The notes under the pieces were generated by a model. It was given only the letters and a program-made list of their open reading frames with translations, was not told the DNA's origin and searched no databases. From a virus (Duplodnaviria; Caudoviricetes), in the IMG/VR virus record IMGVR_UViG_3300009149_000032, positions 292 to 64,291 of that record: 64,000 bases of DNA; one strand, given 5' to 3'. A program made the position numbers and the translations under genes. Shown piece by piece: positions 1 through 10,151 of the stretch (positions are counted from its first letter, which is position 1; the number at the start of each line of letters is the position of its first letter).

Positions 1-50
1 TGAAACTTCAAGACAGTCTTTTCCTTAGAAGAGATGGAGATCCTGATGAT

Positions 51-623
51 GTGAATTGTGATTGTTCAGCGCAGAGAGAACTTCTATTTGTTTACGACTT
101 CATTCCAATGACTCTGTTCTATGATTTAGAGACATTGACAGCAGATCCAGATGTAACCGGATATCCTGCTAAGGTTAGAATCAATCGAGTAGGATTACAA
201 AATGATATCTTCTCAGGATTCGAAGACGTTTGTAGATTCGAGAGTGATTACTTCTACTACAGTTACGATGATGGTGTCTCTACTGCTCCTATAGTTGTAA
301 GGCATACAATTCGTTTGAACCTTTACTCACAGTATCAATCATTCATTCCTTGGTGTAGTAGTAGTGCATTGAGATTCAACTGGGGAATGCATCATTACAT
401 TGAGTACCTCAACGATGATCCTTCAACAACTATCGAAGAGTGGACCGTAGCGATGGATGAAGAAATTTATATGCCAATACAATTGTACAACGAATGTAAT
501 CCGGTTGGGATTTACTATACGACTAATGTTGTAGATGATGGTTCTACAATTGGTTGTCCAACTGCTCTTAAGTCACCTTGGAATGTTTATGATATTCCTG
601 CTGCAAAAATATCACTTGTATAG
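51..623 (+). CDS. Putative virion structural protein (probably the C-terminal part of a gene starting before the window)
   Basis: Acidic, Cys/Tyr-rich ORF heading a run of tail-like genes; its frame is also open upstream of position 51. Confidence 0.5.
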   Translation: MNCDCSAQRELLFVYDFIPMTLFYDLETLTADPDVTGYPAKVRINRVGLQNDIFSGFEDVCRFESDYFYYSYDDGVSTAPIVVRHTIRLNLYSQYQSFIPWCSSSALRFNWGMHHYIEYLNDDPSTTIEEWTVAMDEEIYMPIQLYNECNPVGIYYTTNVVDDGSTIGCPTALKSPWNVYDIPAAKISLV

Positions 624-630
624 ATAAATA
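623..630 (+). promoter_or_regulatory. T4-type late promoter-like motif (GATAAATA)
   Basis: One mismatch to TATAAATA, 17 nt before the ATG at 648; a gp55-like sigma gene is in the window. Confidence 0.45.
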
Positions 631-647
631 CCTAGAGGGATTCTTTA

Positions 648-2000
648 ATGTCAAATCTAACAGAAAAAGCTCAATTTTTTGCTAAGGGTCAATTGAGACT
701 CTATGACAAGGCAACTGGTAAAGAACTTGCCAAGAAGAATCTTGTCGTGAAGGACTCTGCTCATATTGCAGTGGTTGCCTTAGGTGGAGATATCACAGAG
801 AATACAATCAAGGTTGCCTCTTGGGGCGACTTGTATCCTGAGACTCCCGGACAAACTGGTTACAACTGGATTAAGTTTGAATCGCTAGAAGGTTATCATG
901 CAATCAGTGGCAACCATACTCACAAATCTTTCAATGTTTCAGGTCATTCATACCCCGCACATAAGTCTATCAAGTTCACATTTGAGTTTGATAGAAACAA
1001 TGCTTCAGAGTTCTACGGTAAGAACCTTTTGGAATGGGGTCTGTTCTTCAATGACGTAATGTTTTCCAGAGTTGCACTTGACGAAGATTTTTATTTCCAG
1101 AGTTGGATGACAGTTGTAGGTGAGTGGACAATCATATTCTCAACTTGTGCCGGTGGGTTCAGTAACTTCCTTCTTAATCAATATGGTATCGGTGCGTTGT
1201 GGGGATTCAATAGTGTTGATGATTCCACATACCTTCTCGAAGACTACGTTGGTAAGAATCATTTGACCGGCGTTCTACAACCTCCACTACTTACTACAAA
1301 TCTATTAGGTGTGGACGGTATTGGTAATGATGATTTTAAGAATCAAGACGCTCTCCCTGTATCGTATGGTGTAGGTGGAGAGAATAACGTAGCATACATT
1401 ACAGATGATGATCAGGACGGTGCATTAAATCTACAAGACGGTAAGTTTACAATGTGGCAGTGGTTCAAAATTATAGACGGAGATGAGTTAGACGTAAATG
1501 AAGAATGGGTTCTGCTTTCTAAATGGGCAGAGGATGGATTGACAGCAGATAAATCTTATAGGTTGTATCTCCGCAGGGAAGATCCAACTTCAACTCTATC
1601 CGAATTGTTCAATATGGTATTTGAGATTAATGACGGAGGTACAATACGTACATTAATTTCCGATAACCTTGACTTCAGTTCTAACAGTACAATATCATTG
1701 GCAGAATTGTGGTGCTTGGTTGTGATACAATTAGACCAATCGACTCAAGAGTTGACTATGTATATAAATGATGTGGACGTTGGTTCTATTACACTAACAA
1801 ACAACGGTGTAACCCCTACTAACGATTCATCATTCTTTATCGGTACGCAACAAAAGCTAAAAGCAGATACAACTTCTTATAATAAGAAGGTTGTGCCTTG
1901 GGCATTCATAGACGAGACTGCAATCACTGGCGATCAATTGAGTAGAACTGCAATTTCATTACTCTGGTTTGACGGTGTTGGTGATTTCTACACTCCATAG
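648..2000 (+). CDS. Tail/baseplate protein with C-terminal LamG (concanavalin A-like) domain
   Basis: N-terminal KNLVV...EWGLF...MFSR resembles tail-fibre/baseplate attachment domains; C-terminal FTMWQWFK...WCLVV...MYIND...FFIG...IDETAI is LamG-like. Confidence 0.6.
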   Translation: MSNLTEKAQFFAKGQLRLYDKATGKELAKKNLVVKDSAHIAVVALGGDITENTIKVASWGDLYPETPGQTGYNWIKFESLEGYHAISGNHTHKSFNVSGHSYPAHKSIKFTFEFDRNNASEFYGKNLLEWGLFFNDVMFSRVALDEDFYFQSWMTVVGEWTIIFSTCAGGFSNFLLNQYGIGALWGFNSVDDSTYLLEDYVGKNHLTGVLQPPLLTTNLLGVDGIGNDDFKNQDALPVSYGVGGENNVAYITDDDQDGALNLQDGKFTMWQWFKIIDGDELDVNEEWVLLSKWAEDGLTADKSYRLYLRREDPTSTLSELFNMVFEINDGGTIRTLISDNLDFSSNSTISLAELWCLVVIQLDQSTQELTMYINDVDVGSITLTNNGVTPTNDSSFFIGTQQKLKADTTSYNKKVVPWAFIDETAITGDQLSRTAISLLWFDGVGDFYTP

Positions 2001-2009
2001 GAATATAAA

Positions 2010-2636
2010 ATGGGTAATCCAAACGACACAGCAATGTATCTTCCAAGACCTTATCCAACTGCGCTGACTGCAGAGTGGAAGAAGTATATCATTCAGGGTT
2101 CAACTCCTAACGATACTAGGTTAGACTTTGATATGAATCAGAAGTCTAGAATACCAAGAGCGAATATGACAAGTTATGCATTCGCTTCGTATCCAAAACC
2201 TAACACTGGTAGTCTAGATGAGAATACTGACTTGGCTTTTATGAGAATCACCTCACCTAAGTTCCCAATGTGGATTGAGAAGATTAAGATTTGTCTCCAT
2301 CAAGAAACAACTTACGGTTGTATCAAAGTAAACCTATGGGATTTCGGAGACGACGAATCAAACGTTCCGGTAAATTTATTAGGACTAAATATTTCAACCC
2401 CTACAACTCAACACATACCATTAACTATCTTCTCTGATGAGAAGTTGGTTAGCAATGCACTGGCAACCCCGGACTTGTATATGGTAGATACTGTTCAAGA
2501 GTGTACATACGATCCATTCGAGTATACAATAGCGGCAGATTCTATACTTCGTTTTGGTGTACAGTATGCTGAAGGTAATGGATACGGTTTGAAAGTATTT
2601 CTTATTGGTTGGATGTTGGAGTGTGATACAGTTTAA
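2010..2636 (+). CDS. Putative structural protein
   Basis: Co-oriented in the tail block; beta-rich segment ending GYGLKVFLIG resembles the repeated unit in the next gene. Confidence 0.5.
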   Translation: MGNPNDTAMYLPRPYPTALTAEWKKYIIQGSTPNDTRLDFDMNQKSRIPRANMTSYAFASYPKPNTGSLDENTDLAFMRITSPKFPMWIEKIKICLHQETTYGCIKVNLWDFGDDESNVPVNLLGLNISTPTTQHIPLTIFSDEKLVSNALATPDLYMVDTVQECTYDPFEYTIAADSILRFGVQYAEGNGYGLKVFLIGWMLECDTV

Positions 2637-2648
2637 ATAAGGACAGAT

Positions 2649-4172
2649 ATGTCGGCACAGGTAGAAGATCTAGATACAATCCAACCTTGGAGAGTAGGTA
2701 ATTCTTTCTCTGTGACTCTTCGTGGTCACTGGCAGAAGATTCCTACAGAAGAAAGCACAACTACTCTTGCTTCAGATTACGATCCGTATGCTGCTGCAAG
2801 TACATATGATTCTGATATAAGAGAAGTTGTAGGTACAACAAACTACAATACTGTCTATGATAGTTTCTATGCTCCTGTAGATTTCAGATTGAGTGGAGTG
2901 ACATTACGATTGCCGGTTCCTCTTGCTCAGAAAGCACAGTATGATATACAATTGAAGATTAATGGTGGTTTAATTGAGAAGATTCAAATTCCTGAGTTCG
3001 AAGATCACAACATGAAAAAGTATACTCTCGATTGTGACTTCTTGATTTACGAGGATGATTTCATAGAAGTTTCAATTACCATAAACAATGTTGACTTGGT
3101 TACGTTCAACGAGAACAACCTTACTTGTGCAATCTCCGGTTGTGTTTCATATATCAACTACAAAGAATTATGGGCAGATGAGTTTGCAAGAGTAGCAACC
3201 ACTGCAAATATTATCCTTGCAGGACCGCAAACTATTGATGGAGTTGCTACTATTGCAGGTGATGTAGTTCTAGTAAAAAATCAAACGATTGGTACTGATG
3301 ATGGATTGTATGTAGTTGCTGCAGGTGCTTGGGCGAGAGATGCATCATATCCAACTCTTGCTTCCTTGGAAGATGTAATCATTCATGTTACTGAGGGTAC
3401 AACAAATATATCAGACGATAGCACAAACTACACAGCAGTCGATGATGGTACAGGAACTTTCTTTATAGGTTATCCATTGATTGAATGGGAAACCGGAGAC
3501 AACTGGTACAAGACAAATATTCATCTTCAGAACAGAAGTGGTAACGATACTCTTCAAGATAGAATTTACTTGGATATGGTTAAGAGTCCAATGAACTTCT
3601 TGTTCCAAGGTATTAGACTTTCACTGTTTGAAGATCACTTGATGGTTGTTGAACAGATTAGAGAAAGAATAGTCTGTCTCTATATTGATATACTTGTCAA
3701 TGGTCGAAGTCTTCTTACGTATACAGACTTCCCTAGACCTATGCAGATTGATACTTCGCAAGTTCACAAGACTTACGATATGGCTTTGTTCAACAATGAA
3801 GCAGGTTTCGCAATTCGATTTGGAGATAGTATCGACGTAAGAGTATATTTGAGAAATCCACACACAAAGTACAATGGAAAACTCTTGAATGTATCTCTTT
3901 ATGGTTGCTCTCCTGATTGTGCTGTATTTGATTCACCCACTATTGCAGTTTACGAACCTTGTGATGATGAACCTTGTGAATGGAAGTTCAGCATCGTTCA
4001 ACGTTGTGAACCTGAGAAACTTAGAACTACCGATGCAGCAGGTAATACTATTGCTCCTACTCCATACAATCCTAGTGTTGCTCCTATTGTTGCTCCTGTA
4101 CCTTCTGATAATGATTATGTAGTTGTGAACGGAGTTTATGTGACGGTTGATGGTACGAAGATCTACGTATAG
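2649..4172 (+). CDS. Tail fibre/decoration-like protein
   Basis: Contains ARVATTANIILAGPQTIDGV...GDVVLVKNQT...GLYVV...WAR, a common phage fibre/decoration motif, between two similar beta domains. Confidence 0.6.
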   Translation: MSAQVEDLDTIQPWRVGNSFSVTLRGHWQKIPTEESTTTLASDYDPYAAASTYDSDIREVVGTTNYNTVYDSFYAPVDFRLSGVTLRLPVPLAQKAQYDIQLKINGGLIEKIQIPEFEDHNMKKYTLDCDFLIYEDDFIEVSITINNVDLVTFNENNLTCAISGCVSYINYKELWADEFARVATTANIILAGPQTIDGVATIAGDVVLVKNQTIGTDDGLYVVAAGAWARDASYPTLASLEDVIIHVTEGTTNISDDSTNYTAVDDGTGTFFIGYPLIEWETGDNWYKTNIHLQNRSGNDTLQDRIYLDMVKSPMNFLFQGIRLSLFEDHLMVVEQIRERIVCLYIDILVNGRSLLTYTDFPRPMQIDTSQVHKTYDMALFNNEAGFAIRFGDSIDVRVYLRNPHTKYNGKLLNVSLYGCSPDCAVFDSPTIAVYEPCDDEPCEWKFSIVQRCEPEKLRTTDAAGNTIAPTPYNPSVAPIVAPVPSDNDYVVVNGVYVTVDGTKIYV

Positions 4173-4183
4173 AAGGAATTAAA

Positions 4184-4585
4184 ATGTCAGAGCGAGAACT
4201 TATTACAGTAGAAGGTGCGAATTTCCACCCAGAAGTTGCAAGGGAGGCAGATTTAGATGCTCATACAAGCAACCTATCTAATCCTCACGCAGTAACCGCT
4301 GCACAAGTTGGTGTGTCTTGTTGTTCTTATGTAGCAAAGACCGGAGCATACACTCTAACAGAATCAGACCAAACAGTAGATTGCACAGCAAATACATTTA
4401 CGATATCACTTCCTAGTGCTGTAGGAATAAGAGCGAAGATATACAATATCAAAAATACAGGTACAGGAGTTATCACAGTTGATGGTAATGGTACAGAAAC
4501 TATTGATGGCGAATTAACACAAGAGGTACAACAATGGGATAATATATCCATACAGAGTACCGGAAGTAATTGGATAATATTATAG
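4184..4585 (+). CDS. Small tail fibre-associated protein
   Basis: HTSNLSNPHAVTAAQVG fibre motif and AKTGAYT...TISLP...IKNTG...ETIDG domain typical of phage fibre modules. Confidence 0.6.
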   Translation: MSERELITVEGANFHPEVAREADLDAHTSNLSNPHAVTAAQVGVSCCSYVAKTGAYTLTESDQTVDCTANTFTISLPSAVGIRAKIYNIKNTGTGVITVDGNGTETIDGELTQEVQQWDNISIQSTGSNWIIL

Positions 4586-4594
4586 GAGGATTCA

Positions 4595-6502
4595 ATGAGT
4601 TATTTTGATCATACAACACGTATAAAAAAGTTTGGTGGAGTTCTTTGGTATGTTAATGCCGCTGTAACCGCAAGTGGTGATGGTACGAAACCAGAAACAG
4701 CATTTAAAACAATTGGTGAAGCTATTACAGCTTGCTCGTCTGGTGATGGTATTACGATAATGGCGGGAACATATACTGAGGTCGGAATAGATCTTAATGA
4801 AAGTGGAGTTGAGTTGTGGTTTGAGATTGGAGCTATACTTGATCCTGCTAGTGGAACAGGTTTAACTGTTAGTGGGAATTATTGTTGGGTTGGTTGTCAT
4901 AATGGATCTTTACTCATTACTCCTGCGGCAAATGAAACTGGTATTGAGTCTACTGGAAATTTCAATTATTTTCAAGATATTCGTATCTCATGTTCTTCTA
5001 CAGCAGATATAGGATATGATATAACTGGTAATGGAAATGATTTGAGATTATGTCGATGTGCTTCACCATTAATTGCTGCGTTTAAAATCCAAGGGGATAA
5101 TACCTCTCTTAGGGATTGTTGTACTGGTGGAGAGATAGCAGACATTTCAATTGGCTTTTGGGCAACAAATTCTTGTGATAAAACTAGATTAAGAAATTGT
5201 GGTTCTCAAGGACATGCAACAGCAGGTTATCAGGTTGATGCAGGATGTACAAATTCAGTCATTGGAAATTGTAGTTCTGGAGGTGGTGATGGAGCAAGAA
5301 TTGATAATGGAACTTATACTACTTTTCCAAGTTATCAACCAGACAATCATGTAAAAAAGTTTGGTGGAGATATTTGGTATGTAGACAAAGTATATGGTTC
5401 AGATATTAATTCAGGAGGAACTCCCTCAGAATCACTTGAGACTATTGGAGAAGCATTGAGTCGGTGTGCAGCCGGGGACGCAATTAATGTTAAAGCAGGA
5501 ACTTACACCGAAACAGGATTAGAATTAGATAAAGATGCTACTGAGTTGTGGTGTGAGATAGGTGTTTTGATTGACCCTGCTACTGGTACAGCATTAACAA
5601 TTAGTGGTAACAGTTGTAAACTAACAGGTATGCACAAGATCACACCCGCCGCAGGTGAGACTGGTCTACTAATCAGCGGCATTGAGTGTCATGTTAGTGA
5701 CGGTAAAGTATCAACTGGTGCTATTGGTATCCAGATCACTGGATCAGGCACTGTGATTGATAATTATGCTTCTGGCAATCAGACTAGTATAGCTTACGAC
5801 ATACAAGGTGGGCAATCTAGGCTTAATAATTGTAAGACTGTAGGCATTGGTGCTTCTATCGGTTATAAGATCAACGGTGGAGCTGATACAGGTACAATTA
5901 TTGGCTGTACATCTGTAGGATATGAAACTAGTGGATACTCTATTGCAACAGGTTCAGCAGATTGGACAATACTTAACTGTTCAAGTGGTGCAGGTGATGG
6001 GCGTTGGGTTGATGTTGATCACGCTAACGTTTGGAGTAACTTCTCGTTTCAGGATGAGGTGTATCACGAAACAGATTTTTCAGTAGTTGGTGGTGGGGCA
6101 GGAAGTGATAATTTATTCAAAGTAACTGGTGCTGTTCAGATACTTGGAATACGAGGTCATGTTGAAACTGCATTACATGCTGATATCGACAATGTTAAGT
6201 TTACATTATACGATGGAGCGTCCACAGATATTACGGATGTGGTGGATAGTGCTTCCGCACCGGCAGGATCATTATTCGTGAGAGAGAAAAAGGCGGCAGA
6301 TGCTTTAGTATTATATTCTTCCGCAAGTGCTAAACTCATGCAAGAGGTCGATCTTAAAAAGGCAGTTTTTGGAATTGTAGCAAAAGAATCAGTTGATACG
6401 TATGTACGTTTCACATGGAGCGGTACTGGTGCGACAGGAAAGATACATTTCCATATTCGATGGAAACCGCTTACAGAACATGGGTTCGTAGAAGTAGTTT
6501 AA
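4595..6502 (+). CDS. Tailspike-like parallel beta-helix (pectin lyase-like) protein with internal duplication
   Basis: Two copies of KKFGG-WYV...TIGEA...GD-I---AGTYTE-G---L, each followed by Gly/Cys/Asn beta-helix repeats. Confidence 0.7.
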   Translation: MSYFDHTTRIKKFGGVLWYVNAAVTASGDGTKPETAFKTIGEAITACSSGDGITIMAGTYTEVGIDLNESGVELWFEIGAILDPASGTGLTVSGNYCWVGCHNGSLLITPAANETGIESTGNFNYFQDIRISCSSTADIGYDITGNGNDLRLCRCASPLIAAFKIQGDNTSLRDCCTGGEIADISIGFWATNSCDKTRLRNCGSQGHATAGYQVDAGCTNSVIGNCSSGGGDGARIDNGTYTTFPSYQPDNHVKKFGGDIWYVDKVYGSDINSGGTPSESLETIGEALSRCAAGDAINVKAGTYTETGLELDKDATELWCEIGVLIDPATGTALTISGNSCKLTGMHKITPAAGETGLLISGIECHVSDGKVSTGAIGIQITGSGTVIDNYASGNQTSIAYDIQGGQSRLNNCKTVGIGASIGYKINGGADTGTIIGCTSVGYETSGYSIATGSADWTILNCSSGAGDGRWVDVDHANVWSNFSFQDEVYHETDFSVVGGGAGSDNLFKVTGAVQILGIRGHVETALHADIDNVKFTLYDGASTDITDVVDSASAPAGSLFVREKKAADALVLYSSASAKLMQEVDLKKAVFGIVAKESVDTYVRFTWSGTGATGKIHFHIRWKPLTEHGFVEVV

Positions 6503-7602
6503 CTCGCTTGATCTATCTTGAATTCTTGGTGCTTCTTTGCTACAAGTAATTTTATATCATCAGGATTTATATTATCTGGAAGTTTGTCCTGAACTTTCTC
6601 GATATACTTGTGAATGATATCTTGAATATCAGAACGAGAATCGAATCCTTCAAATTCCTCTCCCTCATCCCCGTTGTCAAAACTAACACGATTGTAGCTG
6701 ACTGTTAGTTCCAACGGGGTCATACCCTTTATAAACTTAAATACCTTCTCGTTGTCAGTACCATATTCATTCATAATGAGTTTTATGATATTACCATTGA
6801 CTCTCTGTTTAATATTATCAAGCTGTTCTGGAGAAGCAGATTCTATAGCAGTCAAAAATCCTGTTGGATTATCAATAGTGATATATTCAAATACTGGACT
6901 CTTCCCTGCTACAAATTCTACTTTACTCTTCTTGATTAAATGAATTCCCTTTGTCTCTCCTACATCATTGAATGTAGAGTTGATTAGCGAACCAACATAT
7001 TGTATCTTTCCCTTTTGTGAGCGGTTGTGATAATGCCCAGAGAGGATTACTGTATCGTTTGGAAAGTCTTCATTCTCAAACATTGTTCTTTCATCAATAG
7101 CATGTTGCCCGTACAATCCTATAATCTCGAAGTGACCAAAGATTACATCATACTCACCTAACATTGCATCGACTGCTCTACTTTTCATTTCATTAGAGTC
7201 AACCCACGGAATGAAAAGACATTTCTTCCCTGCTATCTTTGCTTCTGTAATATCATTGACGATATGAACTGGTGCAACTTTTGAATCCGCTCCGGGTTCG
7301 AATCGAAGGAATCTGCAATTTACAAACTCTGCTTTGTTCTCTCGGTAGTAGAGGTCGTGATTTCCGGCGAGGATGAAGATCTCTTTGCAGGATCTAGATA
7401 GTTTAATAAAGAAATCCCACGCATCATTCAATACTTTGAAGTCAACGGAGGATCTGCTATCGAATATGTCACCTAATATAACAACGGAATCTTTTTTAGT
7501 AACTCTCTTTAAGATTGCTTCGAGTTCTTTGAATAGAATATCGTGAAAGACCTTGTTATTCCTACGTAATCCCACATGAAGATCGCCTAATACTATAATC
7601 AT
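6499..7602 (-). CDS. gp47-like recombination nuclease (Mre11/SbcD metallophosphoesterase)
   Basis: GDLHVG, GDIFD, GNHD, GHF and SGHYH motifs; likely start is MIIVLGD at 7602 after GAGAGGA. Confidence 0.9.
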   Translation of the reverse strand: MIIVLGDLHVGLRRNNKVFHDILFKELEAILKRVTKKDSVVILGDIFDSRSSVDFKVLNDAWDFFIKLSRSCKEIFILAGNHDLYYRENKAEFVNCRFLRFEPGADSKVAPVHIVNDITEAKIAGKKCLFIPWVDSNEMKSRAVDAMLGEYDVIFGHFEIIGLYGQHAIDERTMFENEDFPNDTVILSGHYHNRSQKGKIQYVGSLINSTFNDVGETKGIHLIKKSKVEFVAGKSPVFEYITIDNPTGFLTAIESASPEQLDNIKQRVNGNIIKLIMNEYGTDNEKVFKFIKGMTPLELTVSYNRVSFDNGDEGEEFEGFDSRSDIQDIIHKYIEKVQDKLPDNINPDDIKLLVAKKHQEFKIDQAS

Positions 7603-7603
7603 C

Positions 7604-8023
7604 CTATCCTCTCTCGTGTTTTTCAATAAACCTTCTGGCTGTTTGGGTCATATGGTTGATTTTTTCTTTTCTGGTTTTCTCTCTTGATACCTTATACATC
7701 ATTTGATGATACACAATAGTCGTTAAGAAAGCAAAGGGAGAAGTCTTTTGTCCTGTAGTCTTGCTTCTCCGCTCTGGATCGTAATTATTATACTTCTGAA
7801 GGAGGAGTACGAGGCAGTCTTGCTTCACATCATCCATAACTCCATAGTATTCTAAGTTATTAAACCTCAATCCAACGCCATCTACAATTTTTATAAACAT
7901 ATCTGCCAACTTATCAGACACTTTTCCTTCTTTAGTACACTGGATTATTTCTGCTCTTAGTTCTTTCTTGTCTACGTAATGTTTTTTAGTGTCATTACAT
8001 ACCTTACGGTTTCCCATCTCCAT
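7604..8023 (-). CDS. gp55-like late-transcription sigma factor
   Basis: HYVDKKEL...MFIKIVDG...NYDPE...SPFAFLTTI matches the T4 gp55 family pattern; next to gp47 as in T4. Confidence 0.8.
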   Translation of the reverse strand: MEMGNRKVCNDTKKHYVDKKELRAEIIQCTKEGKVSDKLADMFIKIVDGVGLRFNNLEYYGVMDDVKQDCLVLLLQKYNNYDPERRSKTTGQKTSPFAFLTTIVYHQMMYKVSREKTRKEKINHMTQTARRFIEKHERG

Positions 8024-9086
8024 CTCCTAATGCTTTAGCAACATCTTCAGAGAAAATATCAGCGAGAGAAGAATATCCGTTTTTACCTAACCATTCATTT
8101 ATCTTAGCAAGTGCTGCTTCATCGTATATTTCAGGTGTGTTAAGATTTTTCTCGTAGACTGTTTTACCTGTTGCTGTGACTAAATAGCCTTTTGGCTTAT
8201 TCTCTAAGACTCCTGCCCTAATAGCGAATTGTAACATACCTGAGAAAGGATTCATACCCTCATCATATCTCAGGTCAAGATACACAGTGTTCTCTTCTGG
8301 GTATTCTCGGTTCTTTACTGTGGTTGCTTTAATTCTTATACCAACGTGTGTCTTCTTTTTCTTACCAAGAGCATCTTCTACTTCTTCTTTATTGACAAGA
8401 CGCTCAACGTAAATTATTATATGACTGTTATATACTGCTTTGCTACCACCAGAGATTATTTCTCTTGTAGCAAACATATCACCAATAGCAGCATATGTGT
8501 GATTCGTAAAGACAAGCGGGAAATCATACTCAGTGGCAAGTGAGGCAATGATTCTAAAAGCAGAGTTCTGGTCCTTTGCCCCGGAACCTTGATCTGCTAC
8601 TGCTTTACCCTTCTCTACGTCTGCCATTTCTTTTTGAGTTGCAAGATTACCCATAGAATCTACTGCCACGTACAGTTTATCCTTCTCTTCTGCACGTTCA
8701 TAAAATTCCTGAATCTTCTCGTATGCTTGTATCTTTAGATTAGAAACACTACCAACAGGGATTCTGAAAATCTTACTGGTATCACAACCCAACGATTCGT
8801 AAAATTCTGGTCTTACTGCTCTCTCACTATCAAATATAAGAACTTCGTAACCATTTTCAATTGCACCTCTGATCATATGTGCCATGAGGAATGATTTACC
8901 GGAGTTTGATTTTCCAACTAGTGCGGTAATTGTGTTTTCTGGAACGCCTTTGTAAACGTCACCAGACAAGATTCCGTTCAACGCAAAAGAACCCGTAGAA
9001 ATATATCCGGGGGACTTGATATCTTTTACACATTGTATAGAATCTTTGAATGCTTTTTCTTTTGACATTTTTGATAGTATACCCAA
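8004..9086 (-). CDS. uvsX: UvsX/RecA-like recombinase
   Basis: YISTGSFALNGILSG, Walker A GKSNSGKS, FDSE, VDS, FTNHTY, SGGS, TTVKNR. Confidence 0.9.
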   Translation of the reverse strand: MGILSKMSKEKAFKDSIQCVKDIKSPGYISTGSFALNGILSGDVYKGVPENTITALVGKSNSGKSFLMAHMIRGAIENGYEVLIFDSERAVRPEFYESLGCDTSKIFRIPVGSVSNLKIQAYEKIQEFYERAEEKDKLYVAVDSMGNLATQKEMADVEKGKAVADQGSGAKDQNSAFRIIASLATEYDFPLVFTNHTYAAIGDMFATREIISGGSKAVYNSHIIIYVERLVNKEEVEDALGKKKKTHVGIRIKATTVKNREYPEENTVYLDLRYDEGMNPFSGMLQFAIRAGVLENKPKGYLVTATGKTVYEKNLNTPEIYDEAALAKINEWLGKNGYSSLADIFSEDVAKALGDGDGKP

Positions 9087-9154
9087 TGTCTCTCCTTAAT
9101 TGATACAACCCCTCGGGACACAATTAAGCATCCCGAAAGGTTTGGTGATTGTTA

Positions 9155-10078
9155 CTAGGAAGTTGGTGCGTTTGGAGTACCGAAGATTGCCTCAAAGTCC
9201 TCACCGTCTGGTGCTGCTTGTGCTTGTGGAACTGGTTGCGCTACTGGTTGCTGCGCACCCACTGGTTGTGGAACTGTGGGTGCTGACTCAAAAGGGATTT
9301 GGTTCGGGTCAACCGGAGTTGCCGTTGGTTGTACTGCTACTGGTTGAGGAACCGCTGTAGGAACTGGTGCTGCTACCGGAGTTGCCATAGGTACAGGTTG
9401 TGCTGCTACTGGTGCTGCTACTGGTGCTGTCTGTACTACAGGTTGCGTTGCTACCTGACCCGCTCCGTAGGCAGAAGGAGGAGTTGTTGCTTGAGGACTA
9501 ACCTGACCTTGATATGAACCTGAGGCAGGTTGGGAATTCTTCTTCAAGAAGTAGTCATTCAACTTCTTTACAAACTCAGCAAAGTCTGTAATTCCCATCT
9601 CATTCAACTTCTCCATAATATATGCAGTGTTGATCTGAGTAGGTGAAGTATCAAATCCAGACCTACCATAGTTCGGGAACCACTGAGTCTTGTCCTTGCT
9701 CTGTTGCAATTCAACTACAACATTGAAATTGAAACCGGCGTTAGGGTCAAAGTAGTTAGGTGGAGTATTCTGACCAACAATTGCATTACGCAACGTCTTA
9801 GAAATATCCATAACCTTAACTTGACCATTCATCTCAGGATGAAGAGGATCGCTGAGAACCATAACAGGAAGCAACCACTTCTTGCTGTTAGGATACATCG
9901 ACGTTGAAGTATCTTTTTCAAATACCGCTTCATACATCATTCCTGCATTGAACCCCGGAAGGATACGAATCTGAATGGTTACAATCCCAATCTGACTGAT
10001 CGCTTGATAGTCAGACTGCTTTACAGGCTTGTACCAAATGTCCTTCTTGTTTCCATCATTTCCTGCTTGTGCTGTCAT
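9155..10078 (-). CDS. gp32-like single-stranded DNA-binding protein
   Basis: IWYKP...IRILP...DP-HPE-NGQV...FDP--GFNF...FPNY--S-F core, then a Pro/Ala/Gln/Val linker and acidic tail DGEDFEAIF. Confidence 0.75.
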   Translation of the reverse strand: MTAQAGNDGNKKDIWYKPVKQSDYQAISQIGIVTIQIRILPGFNAGMMYEAVFEKDTSTSMYPNSKKWLLPVMVLSDPLHPEMNGQVKVMDISKTLRNAIVGQNTPPNYFDPNAGFNFNVVVELQQSKDKTQWFPNYGRSGFDTSPTQINTAYIMEKLNEMGITDFAEFVKKLNDYFLKKNSQPASGSYQGQVSPQATTPPSAYGAGQVATQPVVQTAPVAAPVAAQPVPMATPVAAPVPTAVPQPVAVQPTATPVDPNQIPFESAPTVPQPVGAQQPVAQPVPQAQAAPDGEDFEAIFGTPNAPTS

Positions 10079-10122
10079 CTCGTTTCTCCTTATGACTAAT
10101 TGAAAATTTACTCTACAAAAAC

Positions 10123-10151
10123 ATTATACCATAATCTTAGTTACGTGTCAA
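10123..10151 (-). promoter_or_regulatory. Sigma70-type promoter for the SSB-uvsX-gp55-gp47 unit
   Basis: Minus strand TTGACA-N17-TATAAT with TG extended -10. Confidence 0.85.

Noticed and set aside
9100-9517. + strand ORFs with Cys/Trp/Tyr or Leu/Val repeats
   Set aside because: Antisense reading of the repetitive SSB linker
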